Shown: positions 15,001 through 30,000 of the stretch, piece after piece
How the letters are laid out: the number at the start of each line of letters is the position of its first letter
How positions within the stretch are numbered: the stretch's first letter is position 1
Assembly: GCA_030390025.1 (NCBI GenBank)
Contig: CM059433.1
Span: 7,876,001 to 7,940,000 of the forward strand
Origin: Squalus acanthias
Lineage: Eukaryota
Length of the DNA: 64,000 nucleotides
Direction: 5' to 3'
Program-made: the position numbers and the translations under genes
Notes under the pieces: generated by a model
What the model was told of the DNA's origin: nothing
The model's input: only the letters and a program-made list of their open reading frames with translations
Databases searched by the model: none

Positions 15001-18000
15001 GTTCATTCCACAGGACACTCACTGTGAAGGGTGTTCATTCCACAGGACACTCAGTGTGAAGGGTGTTCATTCCACAGGACACTCAGTGTGAAGGGTGTTC
15101 ATTCCACAGGACACTCAGTGTGAAGGGTGTTCATTCCACAGGACACTCAGTGTGAAGGGTGTTCATTCCACAGGACACTCAGTGTGAAGGGTGTCATTCC
15201 ACAGGACACTCAGTGTGAAGGGTGTTCATTCCACAGGACACTCAGTGTGAAGGGTGTTCATTCCCAGGACACTCAGTGTGAAGGGTTTTCATTCCACAGG
15301 ACACTCAGTGTGAAGGGTGTTCATTCCACAGGACACTCAGTGTGAAGGGTTTTCATTCCACAGGACACTCAGTGTGAAGGGTGTTCATTCCACAGGACAC
15401 TCAGTGTGAAGGGTGTTCATTCCACAGGACACTCAGTGTGAAGGGTGTTCATTCCACAGGACACTCAGTGTGAAGGGTGTTTCATTCCACAGGACACTCA
15501 GTGTGAAGGGTGTTCATTCACAGGACACTCAGTGTGAAGGGTGTTCATTCCACAGGACACTCAGTGTGAAGGGTGTTCATTCCACAGGACACTCACTGTG
15601 AAGGGTGTTCATTCCACAGGACACTCACTGTGAAGGGTGTTCATTCCACAGGACACTCACTGTGAAGGGTTCATTCCACAGGACACTCACTGTGAAGGGT
15701 GTTCATTCCACAGGACACTCAGTGTGAAGGGTGTTCATTCCACAGGACACTCAAGTGTGATGGTGTTCATTCCACAGGACACTCAGCTGTGAAGGGTGTT
15801 CATTCCACAGGACACTCAGTGTGAAGGGTGTTCTTTCCACAGGAACACTCACTGTGAAGGGTGTTCATTCCACAGGACACTCAGTGTGAAGGGTGTTCAT
15901 TCCACAGGACACTCAGTGTGAAGGGTGTTCATTCCACAGGACACTCAGTGTGAAGGGGGTTCATTCCACAGGACACTCAGTGTGAAGGGTGTTCATTCCA
16001 CAGGACACTCAGTGTGAGGGTGTTCATTCCACAGGACACTCAGTGTGAAGGGTGTTCATTCCACAGGACACTCACTGTGAAGGGTGTTCATTCCACAGGG
16101 ACACTCAGTGTGAAGGGTGTTCATTCACAGGACACTCAGTGTGAAGGGTGTTCATTCCACAGGACACTCAGTGTGAAGGGTGTTCATTCCACAGGACACT
16201 CAGTGTGAAGGGTGTTCATTCCACAGGACACTCAGTGTGAAGGGTGTTCATTCCACAGGACACTCACTGTGAAGGGTGTTCATTCCACAGGACACTCAGT
16301 GTGAAGGGTGTTCATTCCACAGGACACTCAGTGTGAAGGGTGTTCATTCCACAGGACACTCACTGTGAAGGGTGTTCATTCCACAGGACACTCATTGTGA
16401 AGGGTGTTCATTCCACAGGACACTCAGTGTGAAGGGTGTTCATTCCACAGGACACTCAGTGTGAAGGGTGTTCATTCCACAGGACACTCAGTGTGAAGGT
16501 GTTCATTCCACAGGACACTCAGTGTGAAGGGTGTTCATTCCGACAGGACACTCAGTGTGAAGGGTGTTCATTCCACAGGACACTCAGTGTGAAGGGTGTT
16601 CATTCCACAGGACACTCAGTGTGAAGGTGTTCATTCCACAGGACACTCAATGTGAAGGGTGTTCATTCCACAGGACACTCACTGTGAAGGGTGTTCATTC
16701 CACAGGACACTCACTGGAAGGTGTTCATTCCACAGGACACTCACTGTGAAGGGTTGTTCATTCCACAGGACACTCACTGTGAAGGGTGTTCATTCCACAG
16801 GACACTCACTGTGAAGCGTGTTCATTCCACAGGACACTCACTGTGAAGGGTGTTCATTCCACAGGACACTCAGTGTGAAGGGTGTTCATCCACAGGACAC
16901 TCAGTGTGAAGGGTGTTCATTCCACAGGACACTCAGTGTGAAGGGTGTTCATTCCACAGGACACTCAGTGTGAAGGGTGTTCATTCCACAGGACACTCAG
17001 TGTGAAGGGTGTTCATTCCACAGGACACTCAGTGAAAGGGTGTTCATTCCACAGGACACTCAGTGTGAAGGGTGTTCATTCCACAGACACTCAGTGTGAA
17101 GGGTTTCATTTCCAAAGGACACTCAGTGTGAAGGGTGTTCATTCCACAGGACACTCAGTGTGAAGGGTGTTCATTCCACAGGACACTCAGTGTGAAGGGT
17201 GTTCATTCCACAGGACACTCAGTGTGAAGGGTGTTCATTCCACAGGACACTCACTGTGAAGGGTGTTCATTCCACAGGACACTCAGTGTGAAGGGTGTTC
17301 ATTCACAGGACACTCAGTGTGAAGGGTGTTCATTCCACAGGACACTCAGTGTGAAGGGTGTTCATTCCACAGGACACTCAGTGTGAAGGGTGTTCATTCC
17401 ACAGGACACTCAGTGTGAAGGGTGTTCATTCCACAGGACACTCAGTGTGAAGGGTGTTCATTCCACAGGACACTCAGTGTGAAGGGTGTTCATTCCACAG
17501 GACACTCACTGTGAAGGGTGTTCATTCCACAGGACACTCACTGTGAAGGTGTTCATTCCACAGGACACTCACTGTGAAAGGGTGTTCATTCCACAGGACA
17601 CTCAGTGTGAAGGGTGTTCATTCCACAGGACACTCAGTGTGAAGGGTGTTCATTCCACAGGACACTCAGTGTGAAGGGTGTTCATTCCACAGGACACTCA
17701 CTGTGAAGGGTGTTCATTCCACAGGACACTCAGTGTGAAGGGTGTTCATTCCACAGGACACTCAGTGTGAAGGGTGTTCATTCCACAGGACACTCAGTGT
17801 GAAGGGTGTTCATTCCACAGGACACTCACTGTGAAGGGTGTTCATTCCACAGGACACTCACTGAAAAGGGTGTTCATTCCACAGGACACTCACTGTGAAG
17901 GGTGTTCATTCCACAGGACACTCACTGTGAAGGGTGTTCATTCCACAGGACACTCAGTGTGAAGGGTGTTCATTCCACAGGACACTCAGTGTGAAGGGTG

Positions 18001-21000
18001 TTCATTCCACAGACACTCATTGCGAAGGGTGTTCATTCCACAGGACACTCAGTGTGAAGGGTGTTCATTCCACAGGACACTCACTGTGAAGGGTGTTCAT
18101 TCCACAGGACACTCACTGTGAAGGTGTTCATTCCACAGGACACTCACTGTGAAGGGTGTTCATTCCACAGGACACTCACTGTGAAGGGTGTTCATTCCAC
18201 AGGACACTCAGTGTGAAGGGTGTTCATTCCACAGGACACTCACTGTGAAGGGTGTTCATTCCACAGGACACTCAGTGTGAAGGGTGTTCATTCCACAGGA
18301 CACTCACTGTGAAGGGTGTTCATTCCACAGGACACTCAGTGTGAAGGGTGTTCATTCCACAGGACACTCACTGTGAAGGGTGTTCATTCCACAGGACACT
18401 CAGTGTGAAGGGTGTTCATTCCACAGGACACTCAGTGTGAAGGGTGTTCATTCCACAGGACACTCACTGTGAAGGGTGTTCATTCCACAGGACACTCAGT
18501 GTGAAGGGTGTTCATTCCACAGGACACTCACTGTGAAGGGTGTTCATTCCACAGGACACTCAGTGTGAAGGGTGTTCATTCCACAGGACACTCAGTGTGA
18601 AGGGTGTTCATTCCACAGGACACTCAGTGTGAAGGGTGTTCATTCCACAGGACACTCAGTGTGAAGGGTGTTCATTCCACAGGACACTCAGTGTGAAGGG
18701 TGTTCATTCCACAGGACACTCAGTGTGAAGGGTGTTCATTCCACAGGACACTCAGTGTGAAGGGTGTTCATTCCACAGGACACTCTGTGTAGGGTGTTCA
18801 TTCCACAGGACACTCAGTGTGAAGGGTTTTCATTCCACAGGACACTCAGTGTGAAGGGTGTTCATTCCACAGGACACTCAGTGTGAAGGGTGTTCATTCC
18901 ACAGGACACTCAGTGTGAAGGGTGTTCATTCCACAGGACACTCAGTGAAGGGTGTTCATTCCACAGGACACTCAGTGTGAAGGGTGTTCATTCCACAGGA
19001 CACTCATGTGAAGGGTGTTCATTCCACAGGACACTCAGTGTGAAGGGTGTTCATTCCACAGGACACTCAGTGTGAAGGGTGTTCATTCCACAGGACACTC
19101 ACTGTGAAGCGTGTTCATTCCACAGGACACTCACTGTGAAGGGTGTTCATTCCACAGGACACTCACTGTGAAGGGTGTTCATTCCACAGGACACTCAGTG
19201 TGAAGGGTGTTCATTCACAGGATACTCAGTGTGAAGGGTGTTCATTCCACAGGACACTCAGTGTTAAGGGTGTTCATTCCACAGGACACTCAGTGTGAAG
19301 GGTGTTCATTCCACAGGACACTCAGTGTGAAGGGTGTTCATTCCACAGGACACTCAGTGTGAAGGGTGTTCATTCCACAGGACACTTCTGTGTGAAGGGT
19401 GTTCATTCCACAGGACACTCACTGTGAAGGGTGTTCATTCCACAGGACACTCACATAAAAAGGGTGTTCATTCCACAGGACACTCACTGTGAAGGGTGTT
19501 CATTCCACAGGACACTCAGTGTGAAGGGTGTTCATTCCACAGGACACTCAGTGTGAAGGGTCTTCATTCCACAGGACACTCAGTGTGAAGGGTGTTCATT
19601 CCACAGGACACTCACTGTGAAGGGTGTTCATTCCACAGGACACTCAGTGTGAAGGGTGTTCATTCCACAGGACACTCACTGTGAAGGGTGTTCATTCCAC
19701 AGGACACTCACTGTGAAGGGTGTTCATTCCACAGGACACTCACTGTGAAGCGTGTTCATTCCACAGGACACTCACTGTGAAGGGTGTTCATTCCACAGGA
19801 CACTCAGTGTGAAGGGTGTTCATTCCACAGGACACTCAGTGTGAAGGGTGTTCATTCCACAGGACACTCAGTGTGAAGGGTGCTCATTCCACAGGACACT
19901 CAGTGTGAAGTGTGTTCATTCCACAGGACACTCAGTGTGAAGGGTGTTCATTCCACAGGACACTCAGTGTGAAGGGTGTTCATTCCACAGGACACTCAGT
20001 GTGAAGGGTGTTATTCCACAGGACACTCAGTGTGAAGGGTGTTCATTCCAAAGGACACTCAGTGTGAAGGGTGTTCATTCCACAGGACACTCAGTGTGAA
20101 GGGTGTTCATTCCACAGGACACTCAGTGTGAAGGGTGTTCATTCCACAGGACACTCAGTGTGAAGGGTGTTCATTTCACAGGACACTCACTGTGAAGCGT
20201 GTTCATTCCACAGGACACTCAGTGTGGAGGGTGTTCATTCCACAGGACACTCAGTGTGAAGGGTGTTCATTCCACAGGACACTCAGTGTGAAGGGTGTTC
20301 ATTCCACAGGACACTCAGTGTGAAGGGTGTTCATTCCACAGGACACTCAGTGTGAAGGGTGTTCATTCCACAGGACACTCAGTGTGAAGGGTGTTCATTC
20401 CACAGGACACTCTGTGTGAAGGGTGTTCATTCCACAGGACACTCACTGTGAAGCGTGTTCATTCCACAGGACACTCACTGTGAAGCGTGTTCATTCCACA
20501 GGACACTCACTGAAAAGTGTGTTCATTCCACAGGACACTCAGTGTGAAGGGTGTTCATTCCACAGGACACTCACTGTGAAGCGTGTTCATTCCACAGGAC
20601 ACTCAGTGTGAAGGGTATTCATTCCACAGGACACTCACTGTGAAGCGTGTTCATTCCACAGGACACTCAGTGTGAAGGGTGTTCATTCCACAGGACACTC
20701 AGTGTGAAGGGTGTTCATTCCACAGGACACTCACTGTGAAGCGTGTTCATTCCACAGGACACTCACTGTGAAGGGTGTTCATTCCACAGGACACTCACTG
20801 AGAAGGGTGTTCATTCCACAGGACACTCAGTGTGAAGGGTGTTCATTTCCACAGGACACTCAGTGTGAAGGGTGTTCATTCCACAGGACACTCAGTGTTA
20901 AGGGTGTTCATTCCACAGGACACTCAGTGTGAAGGGTGTTCATTCCACAGGACACTCAGTGTGAAGGGTGTTCATTCCACAGGACACTCAGTGTGAAGGG

Positions 21001-24000
21001 TGTTCATTCCACAGGACACTCTGTGTGAAGGGTGTTCATTCCACAGGACACTCACTGTGAAGCGTGTTCATTCCACAGGACACTCACTGAAAGTGTGTTC
21101 ATTCCACAGGACACTCACTGTGAAGCGTGTTCATTCCACAGGACACTCAGTGTGAAGGGTGTTCATTCCACAGGACACTCAGTGTGAAGGGTCATCATTC
21201 CACAGGACACTCAGTGTGAAGGGTGTTCATTCCACAGGACACTCACTGTGAAGGGTGTTCATTCCACAGGACACTCAGTGTGAAGGGTGTTCATTCCACA
21301 GGACACTCACTGTGAAGGGTGTTCATTCCACAGGACACTCACTGAAAAGGGTGTTCATTCCACAGGACACTCACTGTGAAGCGTGTTCATTCCACAGGAC
21401 ATTCACTGTGAAGGGTGTTCATTCCACAGGACACTCAGTGTGAAGGGTGTTCATTCCACAGGACACTCAGTGTGAAGGGTGTTCATTCCACAGGACACTC
21501 AGTGTGAAGGGTGCTCATTCCACAGGACACTCAGTGTGAAGTGTGTTCATTCCACAGGACACTCAGTGTGAAGGGTGTTCATTCCACAGGACACTCAGTG
21601 TGAAGGGTGTTCATTCCACAGGACACTCAGTGTGAAGGGTTTTCATTCCACAGGACACTCAGTGTGAAGGGTGTTCATTCCACAGGACACTCAGTGTGAA
21701 GGGTTTTCATTCCACAGGACACTCAGTGTGAAGGGTGTTCATTCCACAGGACACTCAGTGTGAAGGGTGTTCATTCCACAGGACACTCAGTGTGAAGGGT
21801 GTTCATTCCACAGGACACTCACTGTGAAGCGTGTTCATTCCACAGGACACTCAGTGTGAAGGGTATTCATTCCACAGGACACTCACTGTGAAGCGTGTTC
21901 ATTCCACAGGACACTCAGTGTGAAGGGTGTTCATTCCACAGGACACTCAGTGTGAAGGGTGTTCATTCCACAGGACACTCACTGTGAAGCGTGTTCATTC
22001 CACAGGACACTCACTGTGAAGGGTGTTCATTCCACAGGACACTCACTGAGAAGGGTGTTCATTCCACAGGACACTCAGTGTGAAGGGTGTTCATTCCACA
22101 GGACACTCAGTGTGAAGGGTGTTCATTCCACAGGACACTCAGTGTGAAGGGTGTTCATTCCACAGGACACTCAGTGTGAAGGGTGTTCATTCCACAGGAC
22201 ACTCAGTGTGAAGGGTGTTCATTCCACAGGACACTCAGTGTGAAGGGTGTTCATTCCACAGGACACTCAGTGTGAAGGGTGTTCATTCCACAGGACACTC
22301 ACTGTGAAGGGTGTTCATTCCACAGGACACTCACGTGAAGGGTGTTCATTCCACAGGACACTCACTGTGAAGCGTGTTCATTCCACAGGACACTCAGTGT
22401 GAAGGGTGTTCATTCCACAGGACACTCAGTGTGAAGGGTGTTCATTCCACAGGACACTCAGTGTGAAGGGTGTTCATTCCACAGGACACTCACTGTGAAG
22501 GGTGTTCATTCCACAGGACACTCAGTGTGAAGGGTGTTCATTCCACAGGACACTCACTGTGAAGGGTGTTCATTCCACAGGACACTCACTGTGAAGGGTG
22601 TTCATTCCACAGGACACTCACTGTGAAGGGTGTTCATTCCACAGGACACTCACTGTGAAGGGTGTTCATTCCACAGGACACTCAGTGTGAAGGGTGTTCA
22701 TTCCACAGGACACTCAGTGTGAAGGGTGTTCATTCCACAGGACACTCAGTGTGAAGGGTGCTCATTCCACAGGACACTCAGTGTGAAGTGTGTTCATTCC
22801 ACAGGACACTCAGTGTGAAGGGTGTTCATTCCACAGGACACTCAGTGTGAAGGGTGTTCATTCCACAGGACACTCAGTGTGAAGGGTGTTATTCCACAGG
22901 ACACTCAGTGTGAAGGGTGTTCATTCCACAGGACACTCAGTGTGAAGGGTGTTCATTCCACAGGACACTCAGTGTGAAGGGTGTTCATTCCACAGGACAC
23001 TCAGTGTGAAGGGTGTTCATTCCACAGGACACTCAGTGTGAAGGGTGTTCATTTCACAGGACACTCACTGTGAAGCGTGTTCATTCCACAGGACACTCAG
23101 TGTGGAGGGTGTTCATTACATGGACACTCAGTGTGAAGGGTTTTCATTCCACAGGACACTCAGTGTGAAGGGTGTTCATTCCACAGGACACTCAGTGTGA
23201 AGGGTGTTCATTCCACAGGACACTCAGTGTGAAGGGTGTTCATTCCACAGGACACTCAGTGTGAAGGGTGTTCATTCCACAGGACACTTTGTGTGAAGGG
23301 TGTTCATTCCACAGGACACTCACTGTGAAGCGTGTTCATTCCACAGGACACTCACTGAAAAGTGTGTTCATTCCACAGGACACTCACTGTGAAGCGTGTT
23401 CATTCCACAGGACACTCACTGAAAAGTGTGTTCATTCTACAGGACACTCAGTGTGAAGGGTATTCATTCCACAGGACACTCACTGTGAAGCGTGTTCATT
23501 CCACAGGACACTCAGTGTGAAGGGTATTCATTCCACAGGACACTCACTGTGAAGCGTGTTCATTCCACAGGACACTCAGTGTGAAGGGTGTTCATTCCAC
23601 AGGACACTCAGTGTGAAGGGTGTTCATTCCACAGGACACTCACTGTGAAGCGTGTTCATTCCACAGGACACTCACTGTGAAGGGTGTTCATTCCACAGGA
23701 CACTCAGTGTGAAGGGTGTTCATTCCACAGGACACTCAGTGTGAAGGGTGTTCATTCCACAGGACACTCAGTGTGAAGGGTGTTCATTCCACAGGACACT
23801 CAGTGTGAAGGGTGTTCATTCCACAGGACACTCAGTGTGAAGGGTGTTCATTCCACAGGACACTCAGTGTGAAGGGTGTTCATTCCACAGGACACTCAGT
23901 GTGAAGGGTGTTCATTCCACAGGACACTCAGTGTGAAGGGTGTTCATTCCACAGGACACTCACTGTGAAGGGTGTTCATTCCACAGGACACTCAGTGTGA

Positions 24001-27000
24001 AGGGTGTTCATTCCACAGGACACTCACTGTGAAGGGTGTTCATTCCACAGGACACTCAGTGTGAAGGGTGTTCATTCCACAGGACACTCAGTGTGAAGGG
24101 TGTTCATTCCACAGGACACTCAGTGTGAAGGGTGTTCATTCCACAGGACACTCACTGTGAAGGGTGTTCATTCCACAGGACACTCAGTGTGAAGGGTTTT
24201 CATTCCACAGGACACTCAGTGTGAAGGGTGTTCATTCCACAGGACACTCAGTGTGAAGGGTGTTCATTCCACAGCACACTCAGTGTGAAGGGTGTTCATT
24301 CCACAGGACACTCAGTGTGAAGGGTGTTCATTTCACAGGACACTCACTGTGAAGCGTGTTCATTCCACAGGACACTCAGTGTGGAGGGTGTTCATTACAT
24401 GGACACTCAGTGTGAAGGGTTTTCATTCCACAGGACACTCAGTGTGAAGGGTGTTCATTCCACAGGACACTCAGTGTGAAGGGTGTTCATTCCACAGGAC
24501 ACTCACTGTGAAGGGTGTTCATTCCACAGGACACTCAGTGTGAAGGGTGTTCATTCCACAGGACACTCACTGTGAAGGGTGTTCATTCCACAGGACACTC
24601 AGTGTGAAGGGTGTTCATTCCACAGGACACTCAGTGTGAAGGGTGTTCATTCCACAGGACACTCAGTGTGAAGGGTGTTCATTCCACAGGACACTCAGTG
24701 TGAAGGGTTTTCATTCCACAGGACACTCAGTGTGAAGGGTGTTCATTCCACAGGACACTCAGTGTGAAGGGTTTTTATTCCACAGGACACTCAGTGTGAA
24801 GGGTGTTCATTCCACAGGACACTCAGTGTGAAGGGTGTTCATTCCACAGGACACTCAGTGTGAAGGGTGTTCATTCCACAGGACAGTCACTGTGAAGGGT
24901 TTTCATTCCACAGGACACTCAGTGTGAAGGGTGTTCATTCCACAGGACACTCACTGTGAAGGGTGTTGATTCCACAGGACACTCACTGTGAAGGGTGTTC
25001 ATTCCACAGGACACTCAGTGTGACTGGTGTTCATTCCACAGGACACTCAGTGTGAAGGGTGTTCATTCCACAGGACTATCAGTGTGAAGGGTGTTCATTC
25101 CACAGGACATTCACTGTGAAGGGTGTTCATTCCACAGGACACTCAGTGTGAAGGGTGTTCATTCCACAGGACACTCAGTGTGAAGGGTGTTCATTCCACA
25201 TCACAATCAGTGTGAAGGGTGTTCATTCCACAGGACACTCAGTGTGAAGGGTGTTCATTTCACAGGACACTCACTGTGAAGCGTGTTCATTCCACAGGAC
25301 ACTCAGTGTGGAGGGAGTTCATTCCACAGGACACTCAGTGTGAAGGGTGTTCATTCCACAGGACACTCAGTGTGAAGGGTGTTCATTCCACAGGACACTT
25401 TGTGTGAAGGGTGTTCATTCCACAGGACACTCACTGTGAAGCGTGTTCATTCCACAGGACACTCACTGAAAAGTGTGTTCATTCCACAGGACACTCACTG
25501 TGAAGCGTGTTCATTCCACAGGACACTCAGTGTGAAGGGTGTTCATTCCACAGGACACTCAGTGTGAAGGGTCATCATTCCACAGGACACTCAGTGTGAA
25601 GGGTGTTCATTCCACAGGACACTCACTGTGAAGGGTGTTCATTCCACAGGACACTCAGTGTGAAGGGTGTTCATTCCACAGGACACTCACTGTGAAGGGT
25701 GTTCATTCCACAGGACACTCACTGAAAAGGGTGTTCATTCCACAGGACACTCACTGTGAAGCGTGTTCATTCCACAGGACATTCACTGTGAAGGGTGTTC
25801 ATTCCACAGGACACTCAGTGTGAAGGGTGTTCATTCCACAGGACACTCAGTGTGAAGTGTGTTCATTCCACAGGACACTCAGTGTGAAGGGTGCTCATTC
25901 CACAGGACACTCAGTGTGAAGTGTGTTCATTCCACAGGACACTCAGTGTGAAGGGTGTTCATTCCACAGGACACTCAGTGTGAAGGGTGTTCATTCCCCA
26001 GGACACTCAGTGTGAAGGGTTTTTATTCCACAGGACACTCAGTGTGAAGGGTGTTCATTCCAAAGGACACTCAGTGTGAAGGGTTTTTATTCCACAGGAC
26101 ACTCAGTGTGAAGGGTGTTCATTCCACAGGACACTCAGTGTGAAGGGTGTTCATTCCACAGGACACTCAGTGTGAGGGGTGTTCATTTCACAGGACACTC
26201 ACTGTGAAGCGTGTTCATTCCACAGGACACTCAGTGTGGAGGGTGTTCATTACATGGACACTCAGTGTGAAGGGTTTTCATTCCACAGGACACTCAGTGT
26301 GAAGGGTGTTCATTCCACAGGATACTCAGTGTGAAGGGTGTTCATTCCACAGGACACTCAGTGTGAAGGGTGTTCATTCCACAGGACACTCGGTGTGAAG
26401 GGTGTTCATTCCACAGGACACTCTGTGTGAAGGGTGTTCATTCCACAGGACACTCACTGTGAAGCGTGTTCATTCCACAGGACACTCACTGAAAAGTGTG
26501 TTCATTCCACAGGACACTCACTGTGAAGCGTGTTCATTCCACAGGACACTCACTGAAAAGTGTGTTCATTCTACAGGACACTCAGTGTGAAGGGTATTCA
26601 TTCCACAGGACACTCACTGTGAAGCGTGTTCATTCCACAGGACACTCAGTGTGAAGGGTATTCATTCCACAGGACACTCACTGTGAAGCGTGTTCATTCC
26701 ACAGGACACTCAGTGTGAAGGGTGTTCATTCCACAGGACACTCAGTGTGAAGGGTGTTCATTCCACAGGACACTCACTGTGAAGCGTGTTCATTCCACAG
26801 GACACTCACTGTGAAGGGTGTTCATTCCACAGGACACTCACTGAAAAGGGTGTTCATTCCACAGGACACTCAGTGTGAAGGGTGTTCATTTCACAGGATA
26901 CTCAGTGTGAAGGGTGTTCATTCCACAGGACACTCAGTGTTAAGGGTGTTCATTCCACAGGACACTCAGTGTGAAGGGTGTTCATTCCACAGGACACTCA

Positions 27001-30000
27001 GTGTGAAGGGTGTTCATTCCACAGGACACTCAGTGTGAAGGGTGTTCATTCCACAGGACACTTTGTGTGAAGGGTGTTCATTCCACAGGACACTCACTGT
27101 GAAGCGTGTTCATTCCACAGGACACTCACTGAAAAGTGTGTTCATTCCACAGGACACTCACTGTGAAGCGTGTTCATTCCACAGGACACTCAGTGTGAAG
27201 GGTGTTCATTCCACAGGACACTCAGTGTGAAGGGTATTCATTCCACAGGACACTCAGTGTGGAGGGTGTTCATTACATGGACACTCACTGTGAAGGGTGT
27301 TCATTCCACAGGACACTCAGTGTGATGGGTTTTCATTCCACAGGACACTCAGTGTGAAGGGTGTTCATTCCACAGGACACTCAGTGTGAAGGGTGTTCAT
27401 TCCACATCACACTCAGTGTGAAGGGTGTTCATTCCACAGGACACTCAGTGTGAAGGGTGTTCATTTCACAGGACACTCACTGTGAAGCGTGTTCATTCCA
27501 CAGGACACTCAGTGTGGAGGGTGTTCATTACATGGACACTCAGTGTGACGGGTTTTCATTCCACAGGACACTCAGTGTGAAGGGTGTTCATTCCACAGGA
27601 CACTCAGTGTGAAGGGTGTTCATTCCACAGGACACTCACTGTGAAGGGTGTTCATTCCACAGGACACTCAGTGTGAAGGGTGTTCATTCCACAGGACACT
27701 CACTGTGAAGGGTGTTCATTCCACAGGACACTCAGTGTGAAGGGTGTTCATTCCACATCACACTCAGTGTGAAGGGTGTTCATTCCACAGGACACTCAGT
27801 GTGAAGGGTGTTCATTCCCCAGGAAACTCAGTGTGAAGGGTTTTATTCCACAGGACACTCAGTGTGAAGGGTGTTCATTCCACAGGACACTCAGTGTGAA
27901 GGGTTTTATTCCACAGGACACTTAGTGTGAAGGGTGTTCATTCCACAGGACACTCAGTGTGAAGGGTGTTCATTCCACAGGACACTCAGTGTGAAGGGTG
28001 TTCATTCCACAGGACACTCACTGTGAAGGGTTTTCATTCCACAGGACACTCAGTGTGAAGGGTGTTCATTCCACAGGACACTCACTGTGAAGGGTGTTGA
28101 TTCCACAGGACACTCACTGAAAAGGGTGTTCATTCCACAGGACACTCAGTGTGACTGGTGTTCATTCCACAGGACACTCAGTGTGAAGGGTGTTCATTCC
28201 ACAGGACTTTCAGTGTGAAGGGTGTTTATTCCACAGGACATTCACTGTGAAGGGTGTTCATTCCACAGGACACTCAGTGTGAAGGGTGTTCGTTCCACAG
28301 GACACTCAGTGTGAAGGGTGTTCATTCCACATCACAATCAGTGTGAAGGGTGTTCATTCCACAGGACACTCAGTGTGAAGGGTGTTCATTTCACAGGACA
28401 CTCACTGTGAAGCGTGTTCATTCCACAGGACACTCAGTGTGGAGGGAGTTCATTACATGGACACTCAGTGTGACGGGTTTTCATTCCACAGGACACTCAG
28501 TGTGAAGGGTGTTCATTCCACAGGACACTCAGTGTGAAGGGTGTTCATTCCACAGGACACTCACTGTGAAGGGTGTTCATTCCACAGGACACTCAGTGTG
28601 AAGGGTGTTCATTCCACAGGACACTCACTGTGAAGGGTGTTCATTCCACAGGACACTCAGTGTGAAGGGTGTTCATACCACATCACACTCAGTGTGAAGG
28701 GTGTTCATTCCACAGGACACTCAGTGTGAAGGGTGTTCATTCCCCAGGACACTCAGTGTGAAGGGTTTTTATTCCACAGGACACTCAGTGTGAAGGGTGT
28801 TCATTCCACAGGACACTCAGTGTGAAGGGTTTTTATTCCACAGGACACTCAGTGTGAAGGGTGTTCATTCCACAGGACACTCAGTGTGAAGGGTGTTCAT
28901 TCCACAGGACACTCAGTGTTAAGGGTGTTCATTCCACAGGACACTCAGTGTGAAGGGTGTTCATTCCACAGGACACTTTGTGTGAAGGGTGTTCATTCCA
29001 CAGGACACTCACTGTGAAGCGTGTTCATTCCACAGGACACTCACTGAAAAGTGTGTTCATTCCACAGGACACTCACTGTGAAGCGTGTTCATTCCACAGG
29101 ACACTCACTGAAAAGTGTGTTCATTCTACAAGACACTTTGTGTGAAGGGTGTTCATTCCACAGGACACTCACTGTGAAGCGTGTTCATTCCACAGGACAC
29201 TCACTGAAAAGTGTGTTCATTCCACAGGACACTCACTGTGAAGCGTGTTCATTCCACAGGACACTCAGTGTGAAGGGTGTTCATTCCACAGGACACTCAG
29301 TGTGAAGGGTATTCATTCCACAGGACACTCAGTGTGGAGGGTGTTCATTACATGGACACTCACTGTGAAGGGTGTTCATTCCACAGGACACTCAGTGTGA
29401 TGGGTTTTCATTCCACAGGACACTCAGTGTGAAGGGTGTTCATTCCACAGGACACTCAGTGTGAAGGGTGTTCATTCCACATCACACTCAGTGTGAAGGG
29501 TGTTCATTCCACAGGACACTCAGTGTGAAGGGTGTTCATTTCACAGGACACTCACTGTGAAGCGTGTTCATTCCACAGGACACTCAGTGTGGAGGGTGTT
29601 CATTACATGGACACTCAGTGTGACGGGTTTTCATTCCACAGGACACTCAGTGTGAAGGGTGTTCATTCCACAGGACACTCAGTGTGAAGGGTGTTCATTC
29701 CACAGGACACTCACTGTGAAGGGTGTTCATTCCACAGGACACTCAGTGTGAAGGGTGTTCATTCCACAGGACACTCACTGTGAAGGGTGTTCATTCCACA
29801 GGACACTCAGTGTGAAGGGTGTTCATCCCACATCACACTCAGTGTGAAGGGTGTTCATTCCACAGGACACTCAGTGTGAAGGGTGTTCATTCCCCAGGAA
29901 ACTCAGTGTGAAGGGTTTTTATTCCACAGGACACTCAGTGTGAAGGGTGTTCATTCCACAGGACACTCAGTGTGAAGGGTTTTTATTCCACAGGACACTT